Origin: Crocinitomix sp. | GTDB taxonomy: Bacteria > Bacteroidota > Bacteroidia > Flavobacteriales_D > Crocinitomicaceae | Reading direction: 5' to 3' | Length of the DNA stretch: 64,000 bases | NCBI GenBank assembly: GCA_044361315.1 | Contig: JBIKJA010000012.1 | Span: 380-64,379, forward strand | Shown: piece after piece, positions 1 through 10,586 of the stretch | Layout: the number at the start of each line of letters is the position of its first letter | How positions within the stretch are numbered: the first letter of the stretch is position 1 | Position numbers and translations under genes: made by a program | The notes under the pieces: model-generated | What the model was told of the DNA's origin: nothing | Seen by the model: the letters and a program-made list of their open reading frames with translations, nothing else | Database searches by the model: none

Positions 1-121
1 TCGATTGGATTGCTTAGTTGAAATGGGATATTCTTAAATTAGCATAGACATCTGCAGATAATTTGAGGTGTTTTATCAAAAATTTGCTTGATAGTTAAGT
101 TAAATTTTGAAGCAGAAAGCC

Positions 122-208
122 GCAAAAGGGATGATAGTGGCAGCTCCCAGATAATGCCGACGTTGGTTGGGATTGTCTGGGACTATAACGAACAGCCCGG
201 TGGTTTGT
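122..208 (+). repeat. Structured intergenic element, copy E0 (Flavo-1-like; last hairpin missing)
   Basis: GCAAAAGGGAT...GTGGCAGCTC[hairpin 145-155/172-182]...ACGAACAGCCCG...TTTGT. 117-132 is identical to 41111-41126, and GGACTATAACGAACAGCCCG resembles GGACTTGTAACGGACAGCCTG in the copy at 17940. Confidence 0.65.
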
Positions 209-272
209 GGTTGACGCACGCAACCTCTAAGCATTTGCCCAAAAGAAAAATAGAATACAAACCGTTAATTTA

Positions 273-750
273 TTAGTTCGATAATTTTACAATTGCATGA
301 TAGGCACCATTGATGACTTCTGCCATTTTAATAAAATCTAGGGTTTCGATGGTGTCGGATTTTAAATGATAATGTGGATTTCTGAGAAAAGAAGTATTGT
401 TAATCATTAAAGCTTGGTAACCGAAATACCAATAATTGCGTTGATCCGACATACCTGCAAGCTGATTTTCTGATGGAAAGCTTATTAATTGTACGTCAAT
501 AGCCGAATTTGAAGCCATTAATTTTTGGACTTGACTGATAAATTCCGATGACATTCGTATATTCTTCCTTGCCAACCATCCATTTTTGTTCGCTTACCGT
601 AATCCCAGCAGCTAAAAAAACTTGTTTGATATGTTCGCATACTTTTTTAAGACTCTCTTTATTTTGATAGTTACGGTAAGGTCTTAATTCAGTTAGGAAT
701 TTGACATCTTCGTACATCCGTTCTTTTTCTGCCTTCATTTTTTGCAACAT
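273..750 (-). pseudogene. M28 family peptidase with internal deletion and frameshift
   Basis: N-terminal ORF 496-750 (ERMYEDVKFLTELRPYRN...) joins at ~545, in another frame, to a C-terminal part with SDQRNYW...RNPHYH..SDT. The central HYD/DDNAS/EE metal-binding segment is absent. Confidence 0.75.
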
Positions 751-786
751 GATTTATTTGGCTAAGTTAGTGATTCAAAAAAAACC

Positions 787-2100
787 TCACCCCTCCCGAA
801 TCAAAACCACTCGCTTGCTCGAGTGGTCCAGTTTAAATTGCTCGGAAATCATTAAATCGAGGATGGCGATTAGTCTGCCGTCGGCGTTTTGTAGAACGTG
901 GATGTTGGGCTTGGCATGATTTCTTATTTTTTGGTCGATCAAAATGTCTGAAATTAGTTTGCTCCCTTTTTCCATACCTAAAGGTGAGATTCGATCGCCT
1001 TTTTGCCAAGGTCGAATGTTTAACGGAAATTGAATTTTATCGCGGTCTATTTGCTGTAGTTGAGTGGTGTTAAATGGTTCGACTGTGGTTTGTTGCGTAA
1101 ATGTATATTTATTTCCGGCTATTTCACCTTGAAAGGGCAGGCGATCGATTTGAATTTCCGTAGCGGATTGCGTGAGTTTTTCTGTGACAATAATTTGAGA
1201 CGAATCGGGGTAAAAAACATGCGAACTTGTAATGAATTTTGCCCCAGTTTTAGCCTTCATGGTTTTTATGAATTCTAAATAGTTTGATCGATGGATTCCA
1301 TATTCTTTTAAGGAAAATTCGACAAGTACTCGGTGTTCATTTAACAGGTTTTTTTTATTGATGGTTTCGTAATCGTGGAATTTTTTGAAATTTTGTTGTT
1401 GAAATTGGTTGGCCTGAAGACGCAAATAATCCGCTGTTTCTGAGAGTGAATTCATCGTTTCAGACATTTTTTTAACCAATTGTGGGCTTTTGAGCGTCAA
1501 CCCTGGGATAATTTCATTGCGTAAATAATTACGTAAATAGTCGTTTTTAAAATTACTTTGATCTTGCCGAAATTCGATGGCGTATTTTTTTGCGTATTCG
1601 TCTATTTCTTGGCTCGAAAAGATCAAAAGTGGTCGTGCGATTTCTGCAGTTTTTTCTGAAATCCCTGCTAATCCAGAGAGACCAGTGCCTCTTAGAAGGT
1701 TAATAAAAAAAGTCTCCACGGCATCGTTTTGATGGTGCGCGGTCAATAAAACATGATTTTGCGTGGTAAGAAATTGATTAAACCAATCATAGCGCAAATT
1801 CCGAGCGGTTTCTTGAAGACTTAATCCCGATGTTTTCAAAATTTCAGAAGTATCGAAAGTTTCAATGAAACAGGTTAATCGATGTCTTTCAGCAAATTCT
1901 CGGACAAAATTGGCGTCTAAATCGGATTCGGTTCCACGTAATTGAAAATTGCAATGTAAAAGGGTTGGTTTTAGATTGATGGCCATTAAGAGATGCAAAA
2001 GCACCATTGAATCTTTCCCGCCGCTGCACGCCAAATAGAGTTCTTTTTGGGTTAAATCACCAAAATGTTCCTCAACGTGTTGTTTGAATTTGTCTAACAT
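787..2100 (-). CDS. tilS: tRNA(Ile)-lysidine synthase
   Basis: SGGKDS PP-loop, ARNLRY, TAHHQND, RN.LRN motifs and C-terminal IRPWQKGDRI. Confidence 0.95.
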   Translation of the reverse strand: MLDKFKQHVEEHFGDLTQKELYLACSGGKDSMVLLHLLMAINLKPTLLHCNFQLRGTESDLDANFVREFAERHRLTCFIETFDTSEILKTSGLSLQETARNLRYDWFNQFLTTQNHVLLTAHHQNDAVETFFINLLRGTGLSGLAGISEKTAEIARPLLIFSSQEIDEYAKKYAIEFRQDQSNFKNDYLRNYLRNEIIPGLTLKSPQLVKKMSETMNSLSETADYLRLQANQFQQQNFKKFHDYETINKKNLLNEHRVLVEFSLKEYGIHRSNYLEFIKTMKAKTGAKFITSSHVFYPDSSQIIVTEKLTQSATEIQIDRLPFQGEIAGNKYTFTQQTTVEPFNTTQLQQIDRDKIQFPLNIRPWQKGDRISPLGMEKGSKLISDILIDQKIRNHAKPNIHVLQNADGRLIAILDLMISEQFKLDHSSKRVVLIREG

Positions 2101-3347
2101 AAGGTTTTTTTAACGGCGTTTAATTTCAAAAGACACTCCTCATATTCTTTTTTAGGAATGGAGTTAATGGTAATAGCACCACCAACGCTACATGTTACTT
2201 GTTTTGCTTTTTGATGTACGATAATCGAACGAATAACGACATTAAAATCAAAATTTCCGTTCGGATCAATGTAGCCAATTGCACCAGAATAAATTCCCCG
2301 ATTAAAATTCTCAAAGCGATGAATTTGTTCCATCGAACTAATTTTAGGAGCACCTGTCATCGATCCCATCGGGAAAAGCGCTTGAAGAATTTCTGAAAAT
2401 GTCTTTTCGGGCTTCAACTCACATTGGACCGTCGAGATTAATTGGTGAACCGTTTTAAAAGAATACGGTTCACAAAGTTCGGTTACTTTCACTGAATTTT
2501 TTGTGGCTACTTTCGAAAGGTCATTTCGCACCAAATCAACGATCATTACATTTTCAGAAATTTCTTTCGGATCGGTAGTTAAATTTTCTAAAATCACATC
2601 ATCCTCATGCTTATTTTTACCTCGTTTAGCAGTGCCTTTGATCGGTTGGCTAATAAGCGTCTGTTGTTTTTTTTTCAAAAACCTTTCCGGTGATGCGCAT
2701 AAAACAGTGTTGATTCCATCATTGACAAAGGCGGCAAAAGGAGCTTGGGAAAGTGCTACTAATTTTTTATAGGTGTTACTCAAATTCAAGTGTTTATAGT
2801 TCGCGTTGAATTGAACACAATAATTCATTTCGTAGATCGTACCGTTTTGAATTTCGTTTTTAATCGCGTTCACATTTTGAATGTACTCATCTTGCGAAAT
2901 TTCTGTTTTAAGATCGATTTCTTCTGACAAGAATTCGTTTGTCTCTGAATGTTGAAATTTGACAATTAATGATTTAATTTCTAAAGGATTTAACTCACCA
3001 AAATAAATTGCTTGCCCTGCTTTTTGAATAATTACGTGTTTCGGAACAAATAGAAAAAGTGTGTCTACTTCTAAATTTTTGTCATCGGATAATTTACCTC
3101 TCATTTCATTATTCAATAAATCATACGACAGGTATCCGAAGAGAAATTCGTGTTGATGATTTCTAATAAATGATTGTAATGAATCAACGGAAAAAGTATG
3201 TTTTTGAAGGGTGACAACATCTTCAACTTCCCAACCTAAAACAAAATCGGTATTTGGATGATTTAATAGCACCATTTTTTCATCTACCAAATGAGGTAAA
3301 AAATCTTGCCAATTTAAAGAAGTATTTAAGGACTGGTATTTTTTCAT
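2094..3347 (-). CDS. pabB: Aminodeoxychorismate synthase component I / anthranilate synthase component I family
   Basis: SPERFL, PIKGT, ENVMIVDLVRNDL, FPMGSMTGAPK, RGIYSGAIG chorismate-binding motifs. Confidence 0.8.
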   Translation of the reverse strand: MKKYQSLNTSLNWQDFLPHLVDEKMVLLNHPNTDFVLGWEVEDVVTLQKHTFSVDSLQSFIRNHQHEFLFGYLSYDLLNNEMRGKLSDDKNLEVDTLFLFVPKHVIIQKAGQAIYFGELNPLEIKSLIVKFQHSETNEFLSEEIDLKTEISQDEYIQNVNAIKNEIQNGTIYEMNYCVQFNANYKHLNLSNTYKKLVALSQAPFAAFVNDGINTVLCASPERFLKKKQQTLISQPIKGTAKRGKNKHEDDVILENLTTDPKEISENVMIVDLVRNDLSKVATKNSVKVTELCEPYSFKTVHQLISTVQCELKPEKTFSEILQALFPMGSMTGAPKISSMEQIHRFENFNRGIYSGAIGYIDPNGNFDFNVVIRSIIVHQKAKQVTCSVGGAITINSIPKKEYEECLLKLNAVKKTLC

Positions 3348-3479
3348 TAATATCTATTCTTTCACATCTTATGATCAAATAAAGGTCATAAATTCAGTTT
3401 AAATTAGGAGCATCAAAGATACACAATCACATTTAAGGAAGGATTTAGCAAGGATGATTTATTTAGACTTATTTTAACT

Positions 3480-3487
3480 TATCTTTG
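3480..3487 (+). promoter_or_regulatory. Bacteroidota primary-sigma -7 element (TAnnTTTG)
   Basis: TATCTTTG 18 nt before the ATG at 3506. Similar boxes at 5007, 10563, 17057, 34652, 41284, 59241 (+) and 54448, 62775 (-). Confidence 0.65.
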
Positions 3488-3505
3488 TATTCATAATTTA
3501 AACGC

Positions 3506-4915
3506 ATGAAAGTAGAACAAATCTATACGGGATGTTTGGCAGAAGCTGCTTATTATATCCATTCTGAAGGGGAAGCTGTGGTGATTGATCCGTTGAGAGA
3601 GACGAGTCCATATATTGAAAGAGCCGAAAAAGATCAAGTACAAATAAAATATATTTTTTTAACTCATTTTCATGCTGATTTTGTTTCTGGACAAGTTGAT
3701 TTAGCAAAAAAAACAGGGGCAACTATCGTTTTTGGACCATCTGCAAAGGCTGGATATGAATTTCATGAAGCCACCGACGGCGAGATTTTTAAATTGGGTA
3801 AAGGATCTTTTAAATGGATTCACACTCCTGGCCATACCCTTGAATCGAGTACAATTTTAATGCGAGACGAAGCAGGAAAAGATCAATGTATTTTTACTGG
3901 TGATACACTTTTTATTGGAGATGTTGGCCGCCCAGATTTAGCGGTAAAACAAGGTGAATTAACGGAGCTTGATTTGGCGGGAATTTTATACGAATCCTTG
4001 CATTCAAAAATTATTCCTTTGGCGGATGATGTGATCGTTTATCCTGGACATGGCGCAGGTTCGGCTTGTGGAAAAAAGATGAGTAAAGAAACTTTTGATA
4101 CCCTAGGTAATCAAAAGAAAACGAATTATGCCTTGAATGTGAATTTGACCAAAGCTGCGTTTGTGGATGAATTATTGTCAGGTCTTTCTGCTCCTCCGCA
4201 ATATTTTCCTAAAAATGTACAAATGAACAAAGGAATTAACACGACCATTGATGCAATTTTGGAAAAAGGAACCCAAGGGTTGGATGTAGAAATGTTTAAA
4301 AAAGCCCATGCTGATGGGGCACTAATTTTAGACGTTCGCAGTCAAAATGACTTTATAAAAGGCCATATTCCTGGGTCAATTTTTATCGGTTTGGATGGAG
4401 CTTTTGCTCCTTGGGTGGGTGCCTTAATTGTAGACATTAACCAACCAATTATTTTGGTTGTCGATAAAGCTAGGGTGGAAGAGGCGGTAACTCGTTTGTC
4501 ACGAATTGGCTATGATCATTCAAGAGGATATTTGATTGGTGGAATGAATGCTTGGTTGGCTGCAGGAAATGAGCAAGATCAAATTGAATCGATTACGGCG
4601 GATACGTTTGAGAAATTGACCAAAGAAAAATCGTTGACAATACTTGATGTTAGAAAATCGAGTGAATTTGAAGCCGAACATTTAGTGGATGCAACGAATC
4701 AACCATTGGATTTTATCAATGACTCCATGGATGCAATTGACGGAAATAAAACCTATTACATTCATTGTGCAGGAGGTTATCGTTCTGTTATATTTGAATC
4801 AATTTTAAAAGCAAGAGGGTTTCACAATTTTGTGGATGTAGCAGGTGGTTTTGCAGCGATTAAAAAGGATACTTCATTGCCTGTCACGGCGTTTGTATGT
4901 CCTTCAACATTATAA
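3506..4915 (+). CDS. MBL-fold metallo-hydrolase with two rhodanese-like domains (persulfide dioxygenase-like)
   Basis: THFHADF, HTPGHT, FTGDTLF.GDVGRPDL, PGHGAGSACG; C-terminal HCAGGYRS rhodanese loop. Confidence 0.9.
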   Translation: MKVEQIYTGCLAEAAYYIHSEGEAVVIDPLRETSPYIERAEKDQVQIKYIFLTHFHADFVSGQVDLAKKTGATIVFGPSAKAGYEFHEATDGEIFKLGKGSFKWIHTPGHTLESSTILMRDEAGKDQCIFTGDTLFIGDVGRPDLAVKQGELTELDLAGILYESLHSKIIPLADDVIVYPGHGAGSACGKKMSKETFDTLGNQKKTNYALNVNLTKAAFVDELLSGLSAPPQYFPKNVQMNKGINTTIDAILEKGTQGLDVEMFKKAHADGALILDVRSQNDFIKGHIPGSIFIGLDGAFAPWVGALIVDINQPIILVVDKARVEEAVTRLSRIGYDHSRGYLIGGMNAWLAAGNEQDQIESITADTFEKLTKEKSLTILDVRKSSEFEAEHLVDATNQPLDFINDSMDAIDGNKTYYIHCAGGYRSVIFESILKARGFHNFVDVAGGFAAIKKDTSLPVTAFVCPSTL

Positions 4916-5031
4916 TTTGATTGAGTTTATTCGTTGATTGGCGGATATTAGAGCGATTTTAGTTCAAATTGAATTTGTTCAATAATCATTTGACTTAAAA
5001 TCCAGTTATCTTTGTTAAAAAATTCGAGCTG

Positions 5032-6384
5032 GTGAAATTTGAATTGACAAAAAAATACCTAGAAGAACTTCAAATTTATATTGAAGAAGCTAATGGTGGG
5101 TCAATTCGAGACTTGATCAATCCTTTGCACCCTGCTGATATTGCTGATATTCTCGAAAATTTGTTGGTAGAAGATGCCAAATTCGTTTACGAAACCTTGG
5201 ACGAAGAAAAAGCAGCTGAGGCACTTATGGAGCTGGATGACGATTATCGTCAAGAGTTCTTACGGCTTTTTTCATCGTTAGAGATTGCCGAGCAAGTTGA
5301 CCTATTAAATACGGATGATGCGGCGGATTTGTTAGGAGAATTGGAGGATTCTGACGTCAAGGAGGTCATAGCACAAATCGAGGATCAAGAACATGCTTCA
5401 GAAATTATCGAACTTTTGCGTTATGATGAGGATTCGGCGGGGGGATTGATGCAAACAGAATACATCGTTGCCAAAGAAAATTGGCCTGTGCGAAGATGTG
5501 TGATTGAAATGCGCAAACAAGCCGAAGAAGTTGAAAAAGTGTATTCTATTTACGTCATTGATGATGAAGATCGGTTGTTAGGAATATTGTCCTTACGACG
5601 TTTACTTTTTGCTGAACCAACGACCTTGATTCGTGAAATGTTTAAGAAAGACCGGATTCATTCCGTCCGGACAGACGATTCTAAAGAAAAGGTGGCAGAA
5701 ATTATGGAACGTTACGATTTAATTGCTGTTCCAGTTGTGGATCCATTGAATCGACTTGTTGGACGAATTACCATTGATGACGTTGTTGATGTCATTCGTG
5801 AAAGAGCAGAAAAGGATTTCCAAATGGCATCAGGGATCTCCGAAAATGTTGAGTCTAATTCGAGTATTTTAAAAAACACCCGTTCGCGATTACCATGGAT
5901 TTTAATTGGTTTGGCCGGTGGAGTGATGAGCTCGCAAATTATTAAGGGGTACGAAAACACCTTGTCAATTATTCCAAGTTTAGCATTTTTTATTCCGTTA
6001 ATCGCATCCACTGCAGGAAATATTGGGGTGCAATCTTCGGCAATTGTGGTGCAAGGTTTGGCCAGTAATGATTTCCAAATGAAAGGAATTTTGACACGTG
6101 TGGGCAAAGAAGCGGTTGTGGGTATGATCGTAGGAATTATATGTGCTTTGGTGATATTTTTAGTAGGTTATATTTTTGCTGATGAAACTAAATTAGCGCT
6201 AACCTTGGCAATTTCGCTTTTTATTGTTGCGCTTTTCTCAGCCATGCTTGGAACATTTATTCCTTTAGCATTGGATCGATTGAAAATAGATCCTGCTCTG
6301 GCCACAGGTCCTTTTATCACAACGGCTAACGACATAATTGGGTTGTCAATTTATTTCGTGATTGCTTACCTCGTTTATTTCTAA
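5032..6384 (+). CDS. mgtE: Magnesium transporter MgtE
   Basis: LHPADIA, SAGGLM, CBS pair, GRITIDD, GNIGVQSS, DPALATGPFITTAND. Confidence 0.95.
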   Translation: MKFELTKKYLEELQIYIEEANGGSIRDLINPLHPADIADILENLLVEDAKFVYETLDEEKAAEALMELDDDYRQEFLRLFSSLEIAEQVDLLNTDDAADLLGELEDSDVKEVIAQIEDQEHASEIIELLRYDEDSAGGLMQTEYIVAKENWPVRRCVIEMRKQAEEVEKVYSIYVIDDEDRLLGILSLRRLLFAEPTTLIREMFKKDRIHSVRTDDSKEKVAEIMERYDLIAVPVVDPLNRLVGRITIDDVVDVIRERAEKDFQMASGISENVESNSSILKNTRSRLPWILIGLAGGVMSSQIIKGYENTLSIIPSLAFFIPLIASTAGNIGVQSSAIVVQGLASNDFQMKGILTRVGKEAVVGMIVGIICALVIFLVGYIFADETKLALTLAISLFIVALFSAMLGTFIPLALDRLKIDPALATGPFITTANDIIGLSIYFVIAYLVYF

Positions 6385-6398
6385 TTCAAATTAAGCGA

Positions 6399-7349
6399 AT
6401 GAAAAAAATTGCATTTCTTGATACCGTTCATGACGTTTTACAAATTGGGTTGGAAAAGCTTGGTTGGCAATGTGATGATTTATCGCAAATGCCTCAATCC
6501 GAAGTCGAATCGATCATTCATTCTTATCAAGGGATTGTTATTCGAAGTCGTTTTCCGATGAACGAAGCTTTTTTGAAACATGCCACCCAACTCGAATTTA
6601 TTGCACGTTCGGGTGCAGGCATGGAAAATATTGATATTGATTATTGTAATCAAAGAGGAATTATACTTTTTAATTCGCCCGAAGGAAATAGAAATGCGGT
6701 GGCCGAACATGCGTTAGGAATGCTGTTAAGTCTATTCAATCAATTAAAAAAAGGAGATCAAGAAGTACGTCAATTAGTTTGGGACCGTGAAGGGAATCGT
6801 GGAGTGGAATTGGATGGACGAACGGTGGGGATTATTGGGTATGGAAATAACGGAAGCGCTTTTGCCAAAAAATTGAAAGGGTTTGATGTTAAAGTTTTAG
6901 CGAATGATTTGTACAAATCGGGATTTGGAACCGACACCATCATTGAAGCAAGTATGGATCAGATTTTTGAAGATGCCGATGTGGTTAGTTTGCATATTCC
7001 TCAAACTTCTTTAACAAAAGGCATGATTAATCGCGATTTCATTCATAAGATGCGTAATCCGTTTTATTTGATTAATCTTTCTCGAGGTGCCATATTGAAT
7101 ACGACTGATTTAGCAGAAGCTATGCAATCAGGAAAAGTATTGGGTGCGTGTCTAGATGTGCTTGAATACGAAAAATCATCCTTCGAAAATATGTTTCAAG
7201 ATCGCACGGAATTGCCCGCTCCATTTACTTATATTTTGAATTCTTCAAAAGTTCTACTTTCCCCGCATGTCGGTGGTTGGACCAATGAATCTTACTTTAA
7301 ATTAAGTGATGTTTTGCTGCAAAAGATTAAGCAACATTATTTGAGTTAG
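6399..7349 (+). CDS. D-isomer-specific 2-hydroxyacid dehydrogenase (SerA-like)
   Basis: RSGAGMENID, NAVAEH, GIIGYGNNG, SLHIP, INLSRG, LDVLEYE, SPHVGG. Confidence 0.9.
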   Translation: MKKIAFLDTVHDVLQIGLEKLGWQCDDLSQMPQSEVESIIHSYQGIVIRSRFPMNEAFLKHATQLEFIARSGAGMENIDIDYCNQRGIILFNSPEGNRNAVAEHALGMLLSLFNQLKKGDQEVRQLVWDREGNRGVELDGRTVGIIGYGNNGSAFAKKLKGFDVKVLANDLYKSGFGTDTIIEASMDQIFEDADVVSLHIPQTSLTKGMINRDFIHKMRNPFYLINLSRGAILNTTDLAEAMQSGKVLGACLDVLEYEKSSFENMFQDRTELPAPFTYILNSSKVLLSPHVGGWTNESYFKLSDVLLQKIKQHYLS

Positions 7350-7562
7350 ATAAATCTATCTTTTTTATAGACTTATTAACACTAATTCAATGAATTAATG
7401 TTAGGTCTTAAAACGATTTAGGAATTTTATTTCCATAGTTCTCAAAAAATAATTGTTGATTAATTAACAAAATATGTTTGCACAGACAATATATTTTTTA
7501 TATTTTCGTTCTCAGCATTACGTGAGGTAATACAAAGAAATCAAAAACCGAAAAATTTTAGT

Positions 7563-7733
7563 ATGAAAAAAGCAGTATTAGCAGGAGTAGTTGGAGCGGT
7601 AGCTCTTTTATTCGTAAGTTGTGGTGGTGGACATGGGTCATGTGATGCCTATAGAAAATCTGATTATACAAAGTATAAAGCAGACAAAACTTTAAAAATG
7701 GAAGTTGTTGACTTTATTAAGTCAAAAAAATAA
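7563..7733 (+). CDS. Small 56-aa lipoprotein (below the ORF-track cut-off)
   Basis: MKKAVLAGVVGAVALLFVSCGGGHGSCDAYRKSDYTKYKADKTLKMEVVDFIKSKK: signal peptide with FVSC lipobox, candidate TATTTTCG promoter box at ~7501, and a downstream terminator. Confidence 0.8.
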   Translation: MKKAVLAGVVGAVALLFVSCGGGHGSCDAYRKSDYTKYKADKTLKMEVVDFIKSKK

Positions 7734-7755
7734 ATAAGACATTTTTTAAAAAATT

Positions 7756-7788
7756 AAAGAGGCTGCCCGTTGGACAGCCTCTTTTTTT
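7756..7788. terminator. Bidirectional intrinsic terminator between the small lipoprotein gene and clpB
   Basis: AAAGAGGCTG(7756-65)/CAGCCTCTTT(7775-84) stem with flanking A and T tracts. Confidence 0.85.
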
Positions 7789-7799
7789 ATCCGGTTAGT

Positions 7800-10406
7800 T
7801 TAGTTTGCAACTGGCAACCGATTTTCAAAAACCAATTTTCCTTCTTCCATGTCGATTAAGACATGACTATCGGCGACTATTTTACCAGACAAAAGTGCTT
7901 TGGAGAGTTCGTTTAAAACCACTTTTTGCATGATTCTTTTAATAGGACGTGCTCCAAATTGAGGATCATATCCTTCAAGTGCGATCCATTCTAATGCTTC
8001 TGGAGTCGCTTCAATGGTAATTTGTGATAATTTCAAATGTGCTTTTAATTGTTCGAATTGAATGTTCACAATTTCTAGCACATCTTTTCGAGATAATGGT
8101 TGGAACATAATCGTCTCATCAATTCGGTTTAAAAACTCAGGTCGAATCGTTTTACGAAGTAATTCAAAAATTTGCTCTTTTGTTTCTTCGACAATTTTCT
8201 CTTTGTTTTTATCCGTCAAATGTTCGAAATTATCACTAATAATATGTGCTCCCAAATTTGAAGTCATAATGATAATCGTATTTTTGAAATTGACCGTTCT
8301 ACCTTTATTATCGGTCAATCGTCCATCATCTAACACTTGCAAAAGGATATTAAATACATCCGGATGCGCTTTTTCAATTTCATCTAACAATAAAATCGAA
8401 TAGGGCCTTCTGCGAACAGATTCGGTTAATTGTCCACCTTCTTCGTATCCAATGTATCCCGGAGGTGCTCCAACTAAACGACTGACTGAATGTTTTTCTT
8501 GGTACTCACTCATATCAATTCGTGTCAAGGCATTTTCATCGTTAAATAAATAACCAGCCAATACTTTTGCCAACTCAGTTTTACCAACTCCTGTTGTTCC
8601 TAAGAAAATGAAGGATCCAATCGGTTTTTTCTCATCTTGTAAACCCGCTCTGCTTCTTCGCACTGCATCAGAAACGGCAACAATGGCATCACGCTGACCG
8701 ACGACATGTTTGCTTAACTCGTCTTCCATTCGTAATAATTTACTGCGCTCACTTTCTTGCATTTTTGAAACAGGAATCCCGGTCCATCTTGAAACAACCG
8801 CTGCGATTTCCTCCGAATCCACCTCTTCCTTAATCATTTTGGAATTCAAGTGAACCTTGGCCAAATTATTTTTTTGAAGCAGGATTTCAGCTTCGGTGTC
8901 TTTGATTCTTCCGTAACGAATTTCAGCTACTTTTTCGTAATTTCCTTCTCTTTCAGCTTGCTCTGCTTCAAATCTTAACTTTTCAAGCTGTTCATTTCCT
9001 TCTTGAATTTTATCAATAATGTTTTTTTCCGCTTGATATTTTGCCAAAAACTCAGTTCGCCGTTCGTTTAAAACACTTAATTCGTCTTTTAATTGATCCA
9101 ATTTTTTTTGATCCTTTTCCCGTTTAATTGCTTCTCGCTCAATTTCAAGTTGCATTACTTTTCGGTCAATTTCATCCAATTCTTCTGGCTTACTGTTGAT
9201 TTCCATTCGTAAACGCGAACACGCCTCATCAATTAAATCAATTGCTTTATCTGGTAATTGGCGTTCGGTAATATACCGTTGTGAAAGCTCAACCGCCGAA
9301 ATAATCGCTTCATCCTTAATCAATACCTTGTGATGGGCTTCATATTTTTCCTTGATTCCTCTCAAAATTGAAATGGCATCTTCGGCAGATGGCTCGTCGA
9401 TTAATACGGGTTGAAATCTTCGCACCAAAGCCTTATCTTTCTCAAAATGTTTTTGATATTCATCTAAAGTGGTAGCGCCTACAGCTCTTAATTCACCTCT
9501 CGCTAAGGCAGGTTTTAGGATGTTTGCCGCATCCATTGCACCTTGTCCGCCGCCAGCTCCCACCAAGGTGTGAATCTCATCAATAAATAAAATAATTTCA
9601 CCATCGGAGGCTGTCACCTCTTTAATAACTGCTTTTAAACGTTCTTCAAATTCGCCTTTATATTTGGCGCCTGCAACCAAAGCAGCCATGTCTAACGAAT
9701 AAACAATTCGTGATTTTAAATTTTCTGGAACGTCGCCATTTACAATTCGGTGCGCAATTCCTTCGGCTATTGCAGTTTTTCCAACACCAGGTTCACCAAT
9801 TAAAATCGGGTTGTTTTTTTGACGTCGGGTTAAAATTTGTAGTACCCTTCTAATTTCTTCATCGCGCCCAATAACTGGATCCAATTTACCGGACTTTGCA
9901 AGCTCATTGAGGTTATTTGCATATTTTTCTAATGAGCGGTAAGTTTCTTCTTGGCTGTCTGAAGTCACGCTTTCCCCATTTCTTAATTTCATAATCGCTA
10001 ATTTTAATTCTTTTTGTTGAACACCTGCATCTCTTAAAAATGCCGAAATCGAATCATTTAACCCAAGCATCGAATAAAAAAGGACCTCTAAAGACAAAAA
10101 TTCATCTTTGAATGCTTTCATATTTTCAAATCCAGCCACAAAAAGTTTATTGGTTTGGTTTGACATACTCAATTGTCCTCCTTCAGCTTTTGGATACGAT
10201 GACACAATACTGTCCACGGTTCTTCTCATTAAATCTTCATCCAAGCCAACTTCTGAGGCTAAAAAAGGAATCACACTCGCTTGAATTTCAATAATTGCTT
10301 TGAATATATGTCCTGGCTCGAGGAGTTGATGCCCCTTCAATTTTGCGATTGATTCGGCATTCTTTAATGCTTCAATTGATTTGGTTGTTAATTTTTCGAT
10401 GGTCAT
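7800..10406 (-). CDS. clpB: ATP-dependent chaperone ClpB
   Basis: 868 aa; two AAA+ modules ([16 protein letters not shown]), [11 protein letters not shown], coiled-coil middle domain, GARPIKR. Confidence 0.97.
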   Translation of the reverse strand: MTIEKLTTKSIEALKNAESIAKLKGHQLLEPGHIFKAIIEIQASVIPFLASEVGLDEDLMRRTVDSIVSSYPKAEGGQLSMSNQTNKLFVAGFENMKAFKDEFLSLEVLFYSMLGLNDSISAFLRDAGVQQKELKLAIMKLRNGESVTSDSQEETYRSLEKYANNLNELAKSGKLDPVIGRDEEIRRVLQILTRRQKNNPILIGEPGVGKTAIAEGIAHRIVNGDVPENLKSRIVYSLDMAALVAGAKYKGEFEERLKAVIKEVTASDGEIILFIDEIHTLVGAGGGQGAMDAANILKPALARGELRAVGATTLDEYQKHFEKDKALVRRFQPVLIDEPSAEDAISILRGIKEKYEAHHKVLIKDEAIISAVELSQRYITERQLPDKAIDLIDEACSRLRMEINSKPEELDEIDRKVMQLEIEREAIKREKDQKKLDQLKDELSVLNERRTEFLAKYQAEKNIIDKIQEGNEQLEKLRFEAEQAEREGNYEKVAEIRYGRIKDTEAEILLQKNNLAKVHLNSKMIKEEVDSEEIAAVVSRWTGIPVSKMQESERSKLLRMEDELSKHVVGQRDAIVAVSDAVRRSRAGLQDEKKPIGSFIFLGTTGVGKTELAKVLAGYLFNDENALTRIDMSEYQEKHSVSRLVGAPPGYIGYEEGGQLTESVRRRPYSILLLDEIEKAHPDVFNILLQVLDDGRLTDNKGRTVNFKNTIIIMTSNLGAHIISDNFEHLTDKNKEKIVEETKEQIFELLRKTIRPEFLNRIDETIMFQPLSRKDVLEIVNIQFEQLKAHLKLSQITIEATPEALEWIALEGYDPQFGARPIKRIMQKVVLNELSKALLSGKIVADSHVLIDMEEGKLVFENRLPVAN

Positions 10407-10436
10407 ACTTGTCGCTTTTAACGCTTATTTTAGTGC

Positions 10437-10453
10437 TGCAATCCTAAGTCCAA
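10437..10453 (-). promoter_or_regulatory. Possible sigma54-type -24/-12 promoter upstream of clpB
   Basis: Minus strand reads TTGGACTTAGGATTGCA = GG-N10-GC with TTGCA, 30 nt before the start. It deviates from the TGGCAC consensus. Confidence 0.35.
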
Positions 10454-10586
10454 AGTGCATTTTATAGTTTAAATCGGTAATTTTGACAGGATTAAATCTG
10501 TAAACTGACAATTTAACCGATAAATCTCTCGAAATATCACTTGATATGAAAGGGAAAATTGGTACTTTTGTAAAAAAAATATAGAC

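Noticed and set aside
88-276. 62-aa plus-strand ORF
   Set aside because: It runs across structured element E0 and has no protein-like motif; likely spurious.
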